DNA of 64,000 bases from Octopus vulgaris (taxonomy: Eukaryota), in the NCBI GenBank assembly GCA_951406725.2, contig OX597815.1, positions 32,612,001-32,676,000 of the forward strand, in the 5' to 3' direction. Both the position numbers and the translations under genes were made by a program. This document shows positions 51,620 to 64,000 of this stretch, one piece after another. The stretch's first letter is position 1; each line of letters starts with the position of its first letter. The notes beneath the pieces are model-generated. The model made no database searches. It saw nothing but the letters and a program-made list of their open reading frames with translations, and was not told where the DNA came from.

Positions 51620-53250
51620 AAGGAAATTTCAGCAATATAGTGTTGAGCATTTAACAGAGAGTTTGGTTCCTTCATCAGCAAATATGCTCAAATTCAAGAA
51701 TGGTTACCATCATTTCTTGATGTAGCATGAAATTACAGATCTTTATATTGGATTACAATTGGATATGATAAATAAAATACCAATGTATCTGATTTTTCAA
51801 CGATTCTATAAGATTAGAAGAGGATGTGAAAAGATCGCTGCTGACAAAACAAATAAAGGTTTATCTTATTTTAAATGCACTTTGAAAGTAATTTTGGAAG
51901 CAGTTGATGTTGTCAAGTATGTTTTTGTCAACATCAGTCCAAGAAAATGATGAGTTATATCTCTTACAAAATTACATTACCGGTTACCAAATCTAGAAAG
52001 TTACATTCTGTTACCAGTGATAGGTTCTATGCACCATGATATAAACAAGTGGCTTACATAACCTATGCAACAAATTAAGGCAATGGACAAGGGTGTAGAA
52101 GGTACATTACTCAATTTTTTGAGGACTGCTCAATTTTCATTACAACTGGATGAATTGAACTTGGCAGGGTATGAAGCCTTATAGTTGGCATATATTCACT
52201 TACAAAAGACAAGAAGATACTTGAGTTATTATTTTCCAGAAATTTAGTAAAAGATAATGAAGGAGAGTCAACATTTTCGTTACAGAACAGGTTTTTTTTA
52301 AAAAGGAATTTAGATTCTTCTTACACATATAATGAGAACATTTAGCTGCCAAAAGAGAAAACAAAAAAACTTTAGTGATTGCTTATATAACTTATTGCAG
52401 CATGAATTTACAACAATTAATACAATCAGAAGCAATTCTCTCGGTGACAGATTATTTAGACATTAGTGAAGACAAACAAAAGAGAACTTAATAGCATGCT
52501 ATTCTACTCAAATGTTCGTTGGTTCTTGAAGAGTGCCTGTCTGAGTTGGAATTTTTCATTTTGTTTTTTCTTAGTCTTTTTGAGATAGTTTTTGGAATTC
52601 TCTGAAAACAAAGATCCTTTCATGTGAAACAAATTGAAGTTTAAAAGTGGCATAACTTCTATATCAGATTTATAGTTCAAGATTAATGAAATGAATTTAC
52701 AGTAAAAATTTACAGAAATTACTCATACATGAATGAAGATTAATTGAATTTGATTAAAACAAAGTTTATTTTATTCAAATGCATCTTTGTATGTAGAGAA
52801 TTTTACAAGTTTCTAGGTCTTTCTACACCCAAGAAAAAGACAGAAATACATGTTGATAATGTTCAGATCTGTTGTAATTATTTGGAATCATTACATAACA
52901 ACTTTTTTGAATGATTTGAAGGTATTCTTACTTCAAAAATTTCATGTTGAGTTTGAGACCCATTTTAAGAATTAAAGTAATAGAAATGCAATTTCAAGAA
53001 GAATTGATTAAATTATAAAGCAACAAACAACCTCAAATTTAAGAATGGCTATCGTCATTTCTTGATGCAGCATGAAATTACAAATCTTTATATTAGATCA
53101 CAGTTGGATATGAGCCATTGTGAAGAAGTCCTTGTTTCCATTGTCATATTTAGTTAACTGTGTCATTGCAGTGTCACTCCAGATCTTTTAACGAAAAGCT
53201 GATGCCAATTACAAATAGCCAAATGGAGAAATTTAAGGATGTTGTTTACT
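51620..53250 (+). mobile_element. Decayed hAT (Buster/Charlie/SPIN-like) transposase
   Basis: EHLAAK (~52335) and NVRWFLKSACL (~52510) resemble HC..HR..LAAK and EVRWLS.G..L; many stops. Confidence 0.55.
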
Positions 53251-54089
53251 ACAATTGAGCTAAAATGTGAAAAAGTTGGACTTATGCTATCGGGCATATC
53301 CTTTACATTAATAAATCAAAGAATTTTAGATATTTTTGAAAGTTTTGGTTTTTATGATAATGTTTAAATAATTTTAAAAATTGATCTAATTTTCAAAGTA
53401 TCATTTTTGATCAACTTCAAGAGGATGGTATATATATATATATATATGGATCAGGGATTACTTGTAGTTAAAATAAAGAAAGGAAACAATTTTCTGTGGT
53501 AGCAATGAGGGAATAAAACACTACTGTAAAAATATCAGAAAAAGAAGTAGAAATACTTATACTAACTATTCTGAAAAAAAAAAAATTACTGGTACTATAC
53601 TGTGTGATTTGGAAGTGTGGTCTCTCCACAAGGCAATAAATACATGCTTTTGATGTTTATAATGTCTAATACTTAAATAAAGACAGTGAGCTGGCGAAAG
53701 CATTAGCACACCAGACAACATGCTTAGGGGAATTTCTTTACATTATGCATTTCAGCTTTATGTTCTGAGTTGAAAGTCCCTGCCTGGGGTCAATAAAATA
53801 AGTACCAGTCAAATACTGGGGTTGATGTAATCGACTAACTACTCCCCTAAATTTACTGGCTTTGTGCCAAAATTTGACACAATATCATTTGAATAACTAA
53901 TATTATGGAAAGACCAGTGTTATGGCACCACTCTCAGACTGAATCATAGAACTGTGACTATCTACTGTAAGTGCTTCATCACAGAGTATATGAATTAGTT
54001 AATTTTATATGGTTGATCCAATGGGATTGCAGCACTGCATTAGTCAACTAGTTCTGCAGCATCAAGAATAAAGCATTCTGTAGGCTTAC

Positions 54090-55270
54090 CCAGTACAATA
54101 TCATGGATTTCTACCCTTCAATATCAAAATTTTTCCTCTTGAAGGTTTCAGATTTTGGTAGGCAACTCACCAATTCACCTCAATACCAGAATAAACATGA
54201 ACACTAGAAAGTCAATCTTGGTTCACAGTATTTCCTATTGGTTGAAAAGGAAGACAACTCAGTGGTCAATGTATCTATGGGGAGCTATGACAGGTCTGAG
54301 AATACTAACCCCATCAGGTTATTTATTGCACACATACACACACACACACATGCACCATAGTTTAGGGATGACAGCCAGGTAATCTCAAGCCATATGAATG
54401 GCCATTCCATGGAGAAATTCAAGAAGGATCTGATAAAGATCTTCAAAAAATTCAACCTATCTATAACAGTCACCACCAATTCAACAAATGTCAACTCCCC
54501 AGACATAAACTTAGACTTGAAGATGAGCAAGTACTCCCCTGTGTATATCCACTGAAGCTCCAACCACCTCCAGCTATAATCAGTCACAGACATAAGTGAA
54601 GTACTTTTTAAACTATTAACAGATAAAGAGGTCTTTACAGGATTGCCCTAATCTGTTATAGCAAGGCATTAACAAGTAGACTCATTGAGAAGTTAGTATA
54701 TATCTTACCCCCAAAACCACAAAGAGTCAGAAAGAGAAAGATAGTATAGTTCAATCCTCAATTTAACTTAGAAGCTTCATCCAGCATAGTTAGGAGCTTC
54801 CAAACACTAATCAAAAAATATTTCCATAGAAACCTTTAGTGTTATAAACTTTTCAACCCCAACAATGTCAAGGTCAGTTATTCCAGCTTAGACAACTTCA
54901 CTTCTAACGTTGTATTCTGCAACTGATGCAAACACTCACCTACACAGCCCCTAATACACGCCCTAATCTATAATTCCCAAATCCTATCAACTACCCACCA
55001 GGAGGATCCTACCTCTCAAGGGCTTTGTTCTATAGCACCATCCATACACCATCTGATGACATTACAAGACAGTATACAAGTGTGACAACCAATGACTTCA
55101 AGAGGATGGTGTACATAGCATATCCACTCCTTTAAATGCAAGGGTAGAGAAAACTCCACCTCCCTATCCCATTTTCTCTGGAGACTCCATACTCAGTTAG
55201 TGAAATTCATGCCACTGGCAACTGGCAATCCAGATATACCACCTTAGACCTGGCTGCTCCATACACAAGG
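54090..55270 (+). mobile_element. Penelope-like element RT plus GIY-YIG remnant
   Basis: IMDFYPSI, VSMGSYD, FRDD (catalytic YxDD), KRKIV*FNPQFN and KLFNPNNVKVSYS motifs occur in the expected order. Confidence 0.88.
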
Positions 55271-55521
55271 GTGTAGTAACAGTGACAGTTACCTACCAAC
55301 ATCCATTTAGAGCTGCCAGAATCATTAACACATTGAGCAAAATGCTAAGGTGTATTTCATCCGTTTTAACATTCTGAGCTCAAATTCTACCATAGTCTAG
55401 TTTTCTCTTCATGCTTTCAGAGTCAGTAAAATAAGTACCAGTTGAGTACTGGGGTTGATGCAATCAACTTAACCCCTACCCCAAAATTGTTGGCCTTGTG
55501 CAAAAATTTAAATCCAGTATA

Positions 55522-55558
<37 letters not shown>

Positions 55559-55562
55559 CGTA

Positions 55563-55790
55563 GAGGCGCAATGGCCTAGTGGTTAGGGCAGCGGACTCGC
55601 GGTCGCAGGATCGCGGTTTCGATTCTCAGACCGGGCGTTGTGTGTGTTTATTGAGCGAAAACACCTAAAAGCTCTACGAGGCTCCGGCAGGGGGTGGTGA
55701 TCCCTGCTGTACTCTTTCACCACAATGGCGGTGCCCCAGCATGGCCACAGCTCAAGAGCTGAAACTGGAAAAACAAAAACAAACAAACAA
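55563..55790 (+). mobile_element. Young CpG-rich tRNA-derived SINE inserted in (TA)n
   Basis: A box TGGCCTAGTGG, B box GGTTTCGATTCTC; 3' end GGCGGTGCCCCAGCATGGCC shared with family A; (AAAC)n tail. Confidence 0.88.
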
Positions 55791-55835
<45 letters not shown>

Positions 55836-55859
55836 CATGTCTGTGTGCATGGGCTGTGA

Positions 55860-56830
55860 CCACTGGACTGTGTTGGACAGTTTGACTGTTAGCATGGATT
55901 GGATGGCTTGATTGAAAACTGGTAAGCTGAGGAGCTGCACCAGGTTTCAGTCTGATTTGGCATGATTTCTATACCTGGATGCCCTTCCTAATGCCAACCA
56001 CTCCAAGTGTGTAGTGGGTGTTTTTTACATGCCACTGGCATGGGTGCAAGTTACGAAACACTGGCATCAGCCACAACTATGACCTCACTTGGCTTGATAG
56101 ATCTTCTCAAGCATGGTATATTGCCAAAGGTCTTGATCACTTGTCATTACCTCCATGAGGCCCCACATTTGAAGATCATGCTTCATCACTTCATCCCATG
56201 TCTCCCTGGGTCTCCCTCTTCCACAGGTTCCCTCCACAGTTAGAGATCAGCACTTCTTCATGCAGATGACCATAGGCATTACATGACCATACACGTGCAG
56301 TCATCTCTCTTGCACACCACGTCTGATGTCTCTTACGCCAACCTTTTCTCTCAAGATGCTTACACTCTGCTGTACATGCACACTGATATTGCACATCCAG
56401 TGAAGCATACTGGCTTCATTTCCTTCAAGCATTTACTCAGCGATCACAGCTCATGTTTCACTTCCATGTAGCATGGCTGTTCACACACAGGCATCGTACT
56501 ATCTGCCTTGCACTCTGAGGGAGAGGTAGGAGGTCTCTGAACTTTAACCAGCCTATTCTTATTCTAGCAGTTACGCTGTGGAGCATCTACCTCTGCTACT
56601 GACTTGGTCACCTAGGTAACGGAAGCTATCAATTACTTTTATTTTTCTCACTTGGCATTTGGTAGAGTCAATTTTCTGTACATTTTAAGTGTTAATTGTA
56701 CCTGTGCACCTTCCACACACAAAAACTATTTTCCCTGTTAACCTTCCTCTGATATTGCTGCACCTCTTATGTGTCCATAGTTTACAATGGGTACATCTTT
56801 TGAAGTTCCTACTCCTACACCTTTTCTAAA
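55860..56830 (-). mobile_element. RTE-clade LINE, 5'-truncated (C-terminus plus 3' UTR)
   Basis: LTVEGTCGRGRPRETWDEVMKHDLQM...QAK* (stop at 56085-56087), followed by the GGCAC/GTAAAAA module; homologous to 12040-12870. Confidence 0.88.
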
Positions 56831-56834
56831 GATT

Positions 56835-57012
56835 GAGTAAGGCTATCGATCACATTCTCACCTGGAATCGATTTTGGTAATTTTTTCAAGACTTATACAT
56901 GCCCTGATACCGTCGGTATCTACATATCAAATTTGAGCACAATCAGATGGAGGATGCCCGAGATCCTAGAAGACACATACACAGACAGACAGAACAGATT
57001 TTATATAATAGA
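56835..57012 (-). mobile_element. Probable 5' end of a non-autonomous Helitron-like element
   Basis: Minus strand begins TC...TATATAAAATCTG...(TGTC)n, the same architecture as the 5' ends at 61627 and 63308. Confidence 0.45.
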
Positions 57013-58774
57013 TATCTTGGTTGTGGCCACATGAAGAAGATGGGGTTTATTGTATATAAACATCTAAGTATGTATATAGTATACACACGCACACACACAT
57101 ATATATATATGTACACATAGACACACACAGACACACTCAATGTGTGTGCGTGTGTGTGTGCTTACATCTAAGTGTGACTATGTTCTCACATGGATGTTTT
57201 CACATATGGCCATAAAAAATGTTCATACACACAGGTAAATGCTGAGAAGTAAAATCTGCTAGTCATAATCAAAATATGTATATTAATATTTTTTAGTGAC
57301 TAATTATCTAATGTACTGCTTCAAATTATGCCAAGTACATACGGAAATGAACTGACAACTGCAACTTCTCAACGTCTAGGATTACCAAAGAGGTAACTGG
57401 CATGCAACCAAGTGCTTTTTGGTATGCAATGTACTAGAATTAAACCATTCCTGATACTCAGTATCCTGCAAAAAGGAAATGTCATGACATTTGTAGAAGA
57501 TATTGGTAAATGGAAAGTTGCGATGGTTTTGCAAACCAACAAGCCAATGAGAGAGACTATGTCATGGAGTCATGGAGGTTGGGGAGTGGGGTCAGATCTT
57601 CTCTAGCACAGCTTCATGTTTAAAACCACCCATCGACAAAGTCTTTGAACATCATTATCATCATCATCATCATCAATTTCATCTCAGAACATCATCATCA
57701 CCACCACCACCACCAGGGCTAGAGCTATTCAACATTATAAGGAGTAAGTAAGGATTAAAAGCATGAGAGAAAGGAGATAGGAAGCAAGGAATATCTGTAT
57801 AAAAGAAGTTTAATTCCCTTAGGATGGAAACAGTGATTTTAATAAGTTACAAATACATAAACCTGTAAATGTAATGTTATCATAATTTAGATTAATACTG
57901 AGGCATTGTTTTTCTGCTGGATGTCCTTCTTGTCAGTAACCCTTAGGGTTACTAACAGGTTTTGAAAAATAATCTGCTATGTTTTAGAAGTATCTTGAAG
58001 GTCCTTCTATCACTGTTCTTTGAACTAGGTAGTTGCATACCCTTATTCCTTGGGCCCACATATCTCTCTCCTCTCACATATCTCCCAGGTCATTAAAATC
58101 CTAAAACATTCAAACACACTCCCAGTCATTCCTCCCCAGAACTGTAACCCTCCATAATTCTCTCCTTACTTGCTTATTATCTTTTGACATCAGCTACAAT
58201 GCAAATATTCAAGTTAAGCAACAACTCTGTCAATCTTACCAGTTTTAGACAGGCCAAACTATTCCAAATTCACTTACTAAGTGATAAAGAAAATCCCAAA
58301 ACTTCAATATGACAGTATAAACGCTTCACATTTCCCAGTTCTTGCTCCACAGGACAGTGAGCTTCTGTAATTCTCTCCTCTCAATCAGTCTTTCATACAG
58401 ACAACAACCTATAGATTTTCATGCTGAACATTGACTACATGTATTTCCGCTGACACGTGCAGGTGTAAGTAATGGAAACCACTCCTTCTCTGACTAACAC
58501 ATATAAAAGAATTACAAAACAATAAAAATCACTAACACACTATACAACATATGACATAATCAAATCTGCATAGTATTACATATCATGTACGGTAACATAT
58601 ATAAGGTTGCAATGAACACTGTCTAGTTTAAAAATAGAGTTAATGAGGGTATATGATCATTAACTGAACAACTGCAGTCTCAGTTCTCTTTAAAATCTCT
58701 CCAAGTTCAATGTGACTGAGTTCTATGTTCTCTCCATTGGACAGGTACACTTTATAAACATTTTATTATGTATA

Positions 58775-59280
58775 AGCATGGCTGTATGGTTAAGAAGTTT
58801 GCTTCCTGACTGCATGGTTTCAGGTTCAGTTCCACTACGTGGCACTTTGGGCAAGTGTCTTCTATTATAGCTTCAGGTGAACTAAAGCCTTGTGAGAGGA
58901 TTTGTTAATGGAAACTGAAAGAAGCCTGATGCGTGTGTGTGTGTGTGTGTGTGTGCATGTATGCGTGCATGCGTGTATGTGTGTGTGTGTGTGTGTGTGC
59001 GTGTATGCGTGCACATGTGTATGCGTGCACATGTGTATGTGTTTGTGCCTGCTCATCTTGACATAACGTGCTAGTTGTAAAGAAGTGTTACCATCATACA
59101 AGCAGTGTCATTCATTTCCAATCTGCCATGAAAACATGTCAGGTTATGGTAAAATATTACCTTGCTTGGAGCAAGTAAGAGTTGCTGTCAAGAAGGGCAT
59201 CTGACTGTACAAAATCTGCCTTAATGATTCCATCCAACCCATGGAAGTATGGAAAAGTAGACATTAGAAAGATGATATGA
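58775..59280 (+). mobile_element. SINE family A head with RTE-type tail (GAAGGGCATC...GATGAT)
   Basis: Family A tRNA-like head, internal (TG)n, then RTE-tail core at 59160-59280. Confidence 0.75.
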
Positions 59281-59586
59281 CAAGAAGTATCCAATGCTAT
59301 ATATATGTCCATTTTAGCCATACATCAGTCTCACTAAAAATGTTAGGCCTCACCATCACTGAAGATATCTTGTGACAAACACACATCCTTGACCTTACAA
59401 AGACTACATAAAAAAAACTGGCTTTCCTCTCCAGAATTGGAAAATTCTTTATCCTTCAACTAATAACCCTCTGTATAGCCTGGCTGAAATCCACAAGGGA
59501 ATAGCATTTCTGCATCTTTGACATGCCAAAGGGGGAACCCTTATGCAGCTGCCAAATCTCTCTCAAATCACATACACCTTAGCATT

Positions 59587-59794
59587 TTAACCCTTTAGCA
59601 TTCACCTTATTTATTCATATTGTTTTGAATTAATTGTCTTGTAGCTTTGAGATTTTGAAGAGGTAACTGTTAATTTTTAGAATGTTATTGTAGGGCTGTT
59701 GTGAGAGGCCAGATATGGCCAGTTTTAGCATAAATCAGGTAAAATATTTTGATATTTTAATTAGACATGGCTGATTTAAAAGCTAAAGAGTTAA
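59587..59794 (-). mobile_element. TTAA-flanked piggyBac-type MITE
   Basis: TTAA-CCCTTTAGC...GCTAAAGAG-TTAA. Confidence 0.75.
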
Positions 59795-60909
59795 ACAAAG
59801 AAAGCCGCATTGGATAATATTTATTAGCAACAGAGGCAGGTACATTTTGTACAAAAGCTATATGAGAGTTTCTTTTGTGGTATCTACTACAGTATAGTTT
59901 GTTCTAACAGAACATCCTTGTTTAGGTGGGCATAAATATTACCTCTTGCCATTGGATGATATAGTCTTAGTCATGCAATATCTTAAAAACAAATTATAGG
60001 ACTGCTCAATTACAACTCACTTGGGGTTAAACAACAGCAACATAATTCACTTTATGCATTGGAATATATTTAGAAGGGAACAATAACACCCACTACCACA
60101 CCACACCATACAATATGACAACTAAAGACTGAATAGAGAAAAGCAAAAGAGAAACAGGTACAAACAGTGTAATACACACACAATAAACAAATATGCACAT
60201 ACCTATGATAAATATAAGAAATAGAGATAAATAAAATTAAAAAAGATAATATATATAGGGCATGGATACAACATAATAAGCGAACCTATATGCACACACA
60301 AACACACATATAGTAACTTCATAAGCAGCTGTAAAAATATCAACACCATAACCAACAACAGCAACAGTGACAACAACAACAACAACAGTAGCAACAACAA
60401 CAGCAGTAAAAACAACAGAAGCAGTGACAACAACAACAACTACTATGCAGGCAGCACCATGGGTGAACACACAAATACAGAGAGATACAGGAATGGTACC
60501 AGAAGTCGGGGTCAAGGGCAGCAGCAGCAGCAACGGGGGAGGAGATATGGGGCTGAGATGAGAGTGATTGTGCTACTAAGAATCAAACACACACACACAC
60601 AAATACAGACGCAAATGCATGCACAAATAAGGACACACGTCATAGAAGAACAGAATGGATTAAGCAGAGCAAGAGCACACACGAGGATGGAAGGTGTCAC
60701 TGAAGAGGTCAAAGATGTGTGACGAAAGCTTTCTGGACAATGGACATGAGTTTGAATAAGAACAGTAATAAATGAGTGAAGAACGAATATATAGTGTGTG
60801 TGTTTATTTGGCAAAAAAAAAATGATCATCCCAAAATACAACAATAATATATTTAGAATCACCGTGAAAAAGGGCATTGATTACAATGAGACAAATCCAT
60901 GAAGATACT

Positions 60910-61105
60910 GATTTCAAATTTTGGCCCAAGGCCAGCAATTTTGAGGAAGAGGTTAAGTCGATTACACTGACCTCAGTGTTCAACAGGTACTTATATCAAC
61001 CTTAAAATGACAAATGGCAAAGTTGATCTTGGCAGATTTTGAACTCAGAACAGAGGGAACACCACTGAGTATTTTGCCCAGCATGCTAACAATTCAGCCA
61101 GTCTA
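60910..61105 (-). mobile_element. SINE family B
   Basis: Homology to the family consensus. Confidence 0.75.
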
Positions 61106-61304
61106 TGAAGATATATTGATAATGAACATATCATTAATGAAATGCTTGGAATATTAGAGATATTATGGTATTCAAATTGTCAATTATGTTCTGCCATACG
61201 AAACAAGGGAATATGAGATTGTTGGGAAAAAAGTCACTGCTAAACTTTTCAACTAGCTTTGTGTGTGTGTGCGTGTGAGAGAGAGAAAGAGAGTGAGAGT
61301 GTGA

Positions 61305-61368
<64 letters not shown>

Positions 61369-61626
61369 ATGCATACAAATGGAAATGAATAACACTGCTT
61401 GTATGGCAGTGACACTTGTTTACAATTATCAGCAATGTCAAGTTGAAACCCACAAACATCTACACATATATACATAGGTACATAGGTATATGCATATCTA
61501 CTTACATACATGCATATATACATACATTCATTCATTCACGTAGGTTGGTAGGTAGATAGGTAGGTAGGCAGGGAACTGGCTAAGTTGGTTGATAGATGGA
61601 TGGGTGTCAGACATGTTGAGTATATA

Positions 61627-62133
61627 TCTATATTTATAAAGTTGAAGTTGTCTGTGTATGGCAGGTTTGGTAGCCTTCAACTAACACTATCTTCTCCAAG
61701 ACCTTGCAGTACAAGTTGACCAAAATTGAGAGCATGATATAAGAAGGCTTGCTCTTCATTCCATAGAAGAAAAAATTCAAATTGGGCCGTGTTAACACCA
61801 AAAGTTATTTACATCAAAAAGGTGCTTTTTTTTCTATGAAAATCCCTATTTTTTACGATTTTTTGACTGCTGTATTGCTATTTTTCAACCAGAAAATGTT
61901 CACTTAAAGAGAATAACAAGCTACATAATGCAAAAATATATAGTGCGTGTGTTTTTATTGGCTAAACTGGCAAAATGACCATTCCGAAATACAACAATAT
62001 CTGTTTCAACACACGATTTCACATAAAAAATCTTGCACAACAAATATATAAATGTAGCAAAATTTTTACTTTTCAAAAATTCCAGTTCTAAAGGGTCGAA
62101 ACAAACCCGAGCAACACCGGGCGATACTGCTAG
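61627..62133 (+). mobile_element. Non-autonomous Helitron
   Basis: A|TC start, CTAG|T end, and subterminal GC hairpin CCCGAGCAACACCGGG about 12 nt from the end; no TSD. Confidence 0.88.
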
Positions 62134-62756
62134 TATATATATATATATATATTCTAATTCTACAGGCATCAAAGAAAAAATTACTAGCTAAATGTATTTG
62201 ATGATTATGATGATGACAATGTATGCATATGTGTGTGTGTGTGTGTGAAGATTAACTGAAGTAAAGCTCTCTATTATGTACCAAGTACTCTTTCCTTTGT
62301 TGTCTGATAGCTTGCACACACATACTCTCACCATGGCCCTCATACACACACACACACACACATATATATATGTATATGTATTTGTTGTGGAGGAATGTGT
62401 CATACAGATAGATTAGTGTCTCAGTGAGTGAGTGCATTTATATAGATTGAAGGAGAAAAGCAGGTGAATGCAAGGTATTAAATGATGGCTTACTGAATGC
62501 AAGGCAAGGAGGGGGAAGAAGAAGAAGAAGAACACTAGCTGCATGATTGGATAAATGGCTGAGATTTTTGGATTAGATGAATGATTCAATCAAACTACAG
62601 ATTAGCAAGCTAATATATATTTCATACTCCTTGTATGTGTTATGAGTGTGTGTTGTGAATGCATCTATTTATAATATACACTCAAAAGTAATTTCGTTCT
62701 TGGATTTGGTTTGCAAGATTCTTTATATGAGTTCGTGTGTTGAAGCATATTCTGTT

Positions 62757-62950
62757 CTGTCTGGGGAGAGTCATTTTCTTTTTGTGCCTTATAATGTAAC
62801 ACACTCACAGTTAGAATTTCCACTTATTTCTTATTTTTATTTTCCTAAACGAAAATTTTAGGAAAATAAAAATAAGAAATAAGTGGAGATTTTACCGGTG
62901 AGTGTGTTACATGATAAGGCACAAAAAGAAAATGACTCTCCTCAGACACA
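62757..62950. repeat. Near-perfect ~190-bp palindrome (~90-bp arms)
   Basis: TGTCTGGGGAGAGTCATTTTCTTTTTGTGCCTT...TTTTCCTAAA-cgaaaat-TTTAGGAAAA...AAGGCACAAAAAGAAAATGACTCTCCTCAGACA. Confidence 0.93.
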
Positions 62951-63178
62951 ATTCAAAGGTAAACACATATGTATATAATCATACATTCTACATACAGTAG
63001 TTGTCACTTCTGTTTTAATTTATCTTTCTTTCTCTTTTCCTTTCTCATTCCCTTATTCTCTGTCTCTGTCTGTCTGTCTTGCTCACAAACACACACAGAC
63101 ACACACACACACTTGCAATGTTCCTTTGCCCATATAGCTGAAAAATTGGAAGGTGACTTCTCTCAATAGCTTCAAACG

Positions 63179-63233
63179 ATGGAGCAAGTCTTGAGTTTGT
63201 ATCTTCTCCTCGGTGTGTTACTGGTAATTAGTG
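63179..63233 (+). CDS. Candidate signal-peptide-encoding first coding exon (MEQVLSLYLLLGVLLVIS-G), unverified
   Basis: Non-repetitive sequence; ATG in AAACG-ATG-G context; hydrophobic core; phase-1 GT at 63234; upstream acceptor TTCCTTTGCCCATATAG ending at 63137. Confidence 0.28.
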
Positions 63234-63307
63234 GTACATATTTTATCCAAAGAGATCATTTTCTAAGTAGTTAGATAATCTACTAGAAATAGCTGATATA
63301 TATATTA

Positions 63308-63672
63308 TCTATATATATAAAGCTGAAGTTGTCTGTGTGTGGCAGGTTTGGTAGCCTTCAACTAACACTATCTCCTCTGAGACCCTGCGGCGCAAGTTGA
63401 CCAAAATTGAGAGTATGAAAGAAGGAGGCTTGCTCTTCCTTTCATAGAAGATAAAATTCAAATCGGACCATGTTAACACCAAAAATTATTTACATCAAAA
63501 AGGTGCTTTTTTTCTATGAAAATCCCTATTTTTTACGATTTTTTGACTGCTGTGTTGTCATTTTTTGGTGTATTTCAACCAGAAAAATGTTCACTTAAAG
63601 AGAATAACAAGCTACTTAATGCAAAATTTTTACTTTTCAACAAGCCTGAGCAACACTGGGCTATAGTGCTAG
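63308..63672 (+). mobile_element. Non-autonomous Helitron, second copy with internal deletions
   Basis: Homologous to 61627-62133; TC...CTAG ends; hairpin CCTGAGCAACACTGGG. Confidence 0.88.
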
Positions 63673-63738
63673 TATGTATATATAACAAAGAATAAAGATG
63701 AAAAATGGAATATACGAGAAACTTTATTACTCATGTAT

Positions 63739-63785
<47 letters not shown>

Positions 63786-64000
63786 TGCATATACATATAC
63801 TCATATCTACACATGTACACATATAAATGCATATATGCACACACACATGTTAGTTACTCTCAGAAGTAGGTCCATGCCAATAGCTTTTCTAGACTCTCCT
63901 AGGCTGATGATAAGGGGCATCTTAGTAAATTTGATTCTCTTGATATTCTGCTATCTGTTTTCTATATATTCTTATAATAAATAGCTGATAAATTATAGCT

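Noticed and set aside
55565-55640. tRNA gene
   Set aside because: A/B boxes are present but there is no closed acceptor stem; the sequence continues into a SINE body and tail.
60340-60561. Thr-rich mucin-like or poly-Leu ORFs
   Set aside because: Degenerate (CAA/CAG)n repeat with no convincing splice or start context.

Overview
AT-rich eukaryotic genomic DNA, dense in microsatellites and decayed transposons. It looks like a large intron or intergenic region of a coleoid cephalopod (Octopus-like); this taxon call is my inference from recalled SINE/RTE families, not a database result. No intact protein-coding gene, rRNA, true tRNA or CRISPR array is visible, and almost all ORFs in the track are microsatellite or SINE artefacts. 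Recognisable content: (1) many SINE copies from about three families and many RTE-LINE 3' tails ending in (GAT)n; (2) two RTE LINE C-terminal fragments, L2/CR1-type fragments and an R4-like fragment; (3) three Penelope-like remnants; (4) a collapsed Gypsy element with LTR, tRNA-Trp PBS and gag; (5) DD34D mariner, DD37D maT and hAT remnants; (6) a Helitron PIF1 remnant and two non-autonomous Helitrons; (7) several MITEs and foldback palindromes. The two leads most worth testing are a tandemly repeated RTE 3'-UTR module that partly resembles a twister ribozyme, and a possible signal-peptide exon near 63.2 kb. Several template-switch and repair scars are also visible. Boundaries of decayed elements are approximate.
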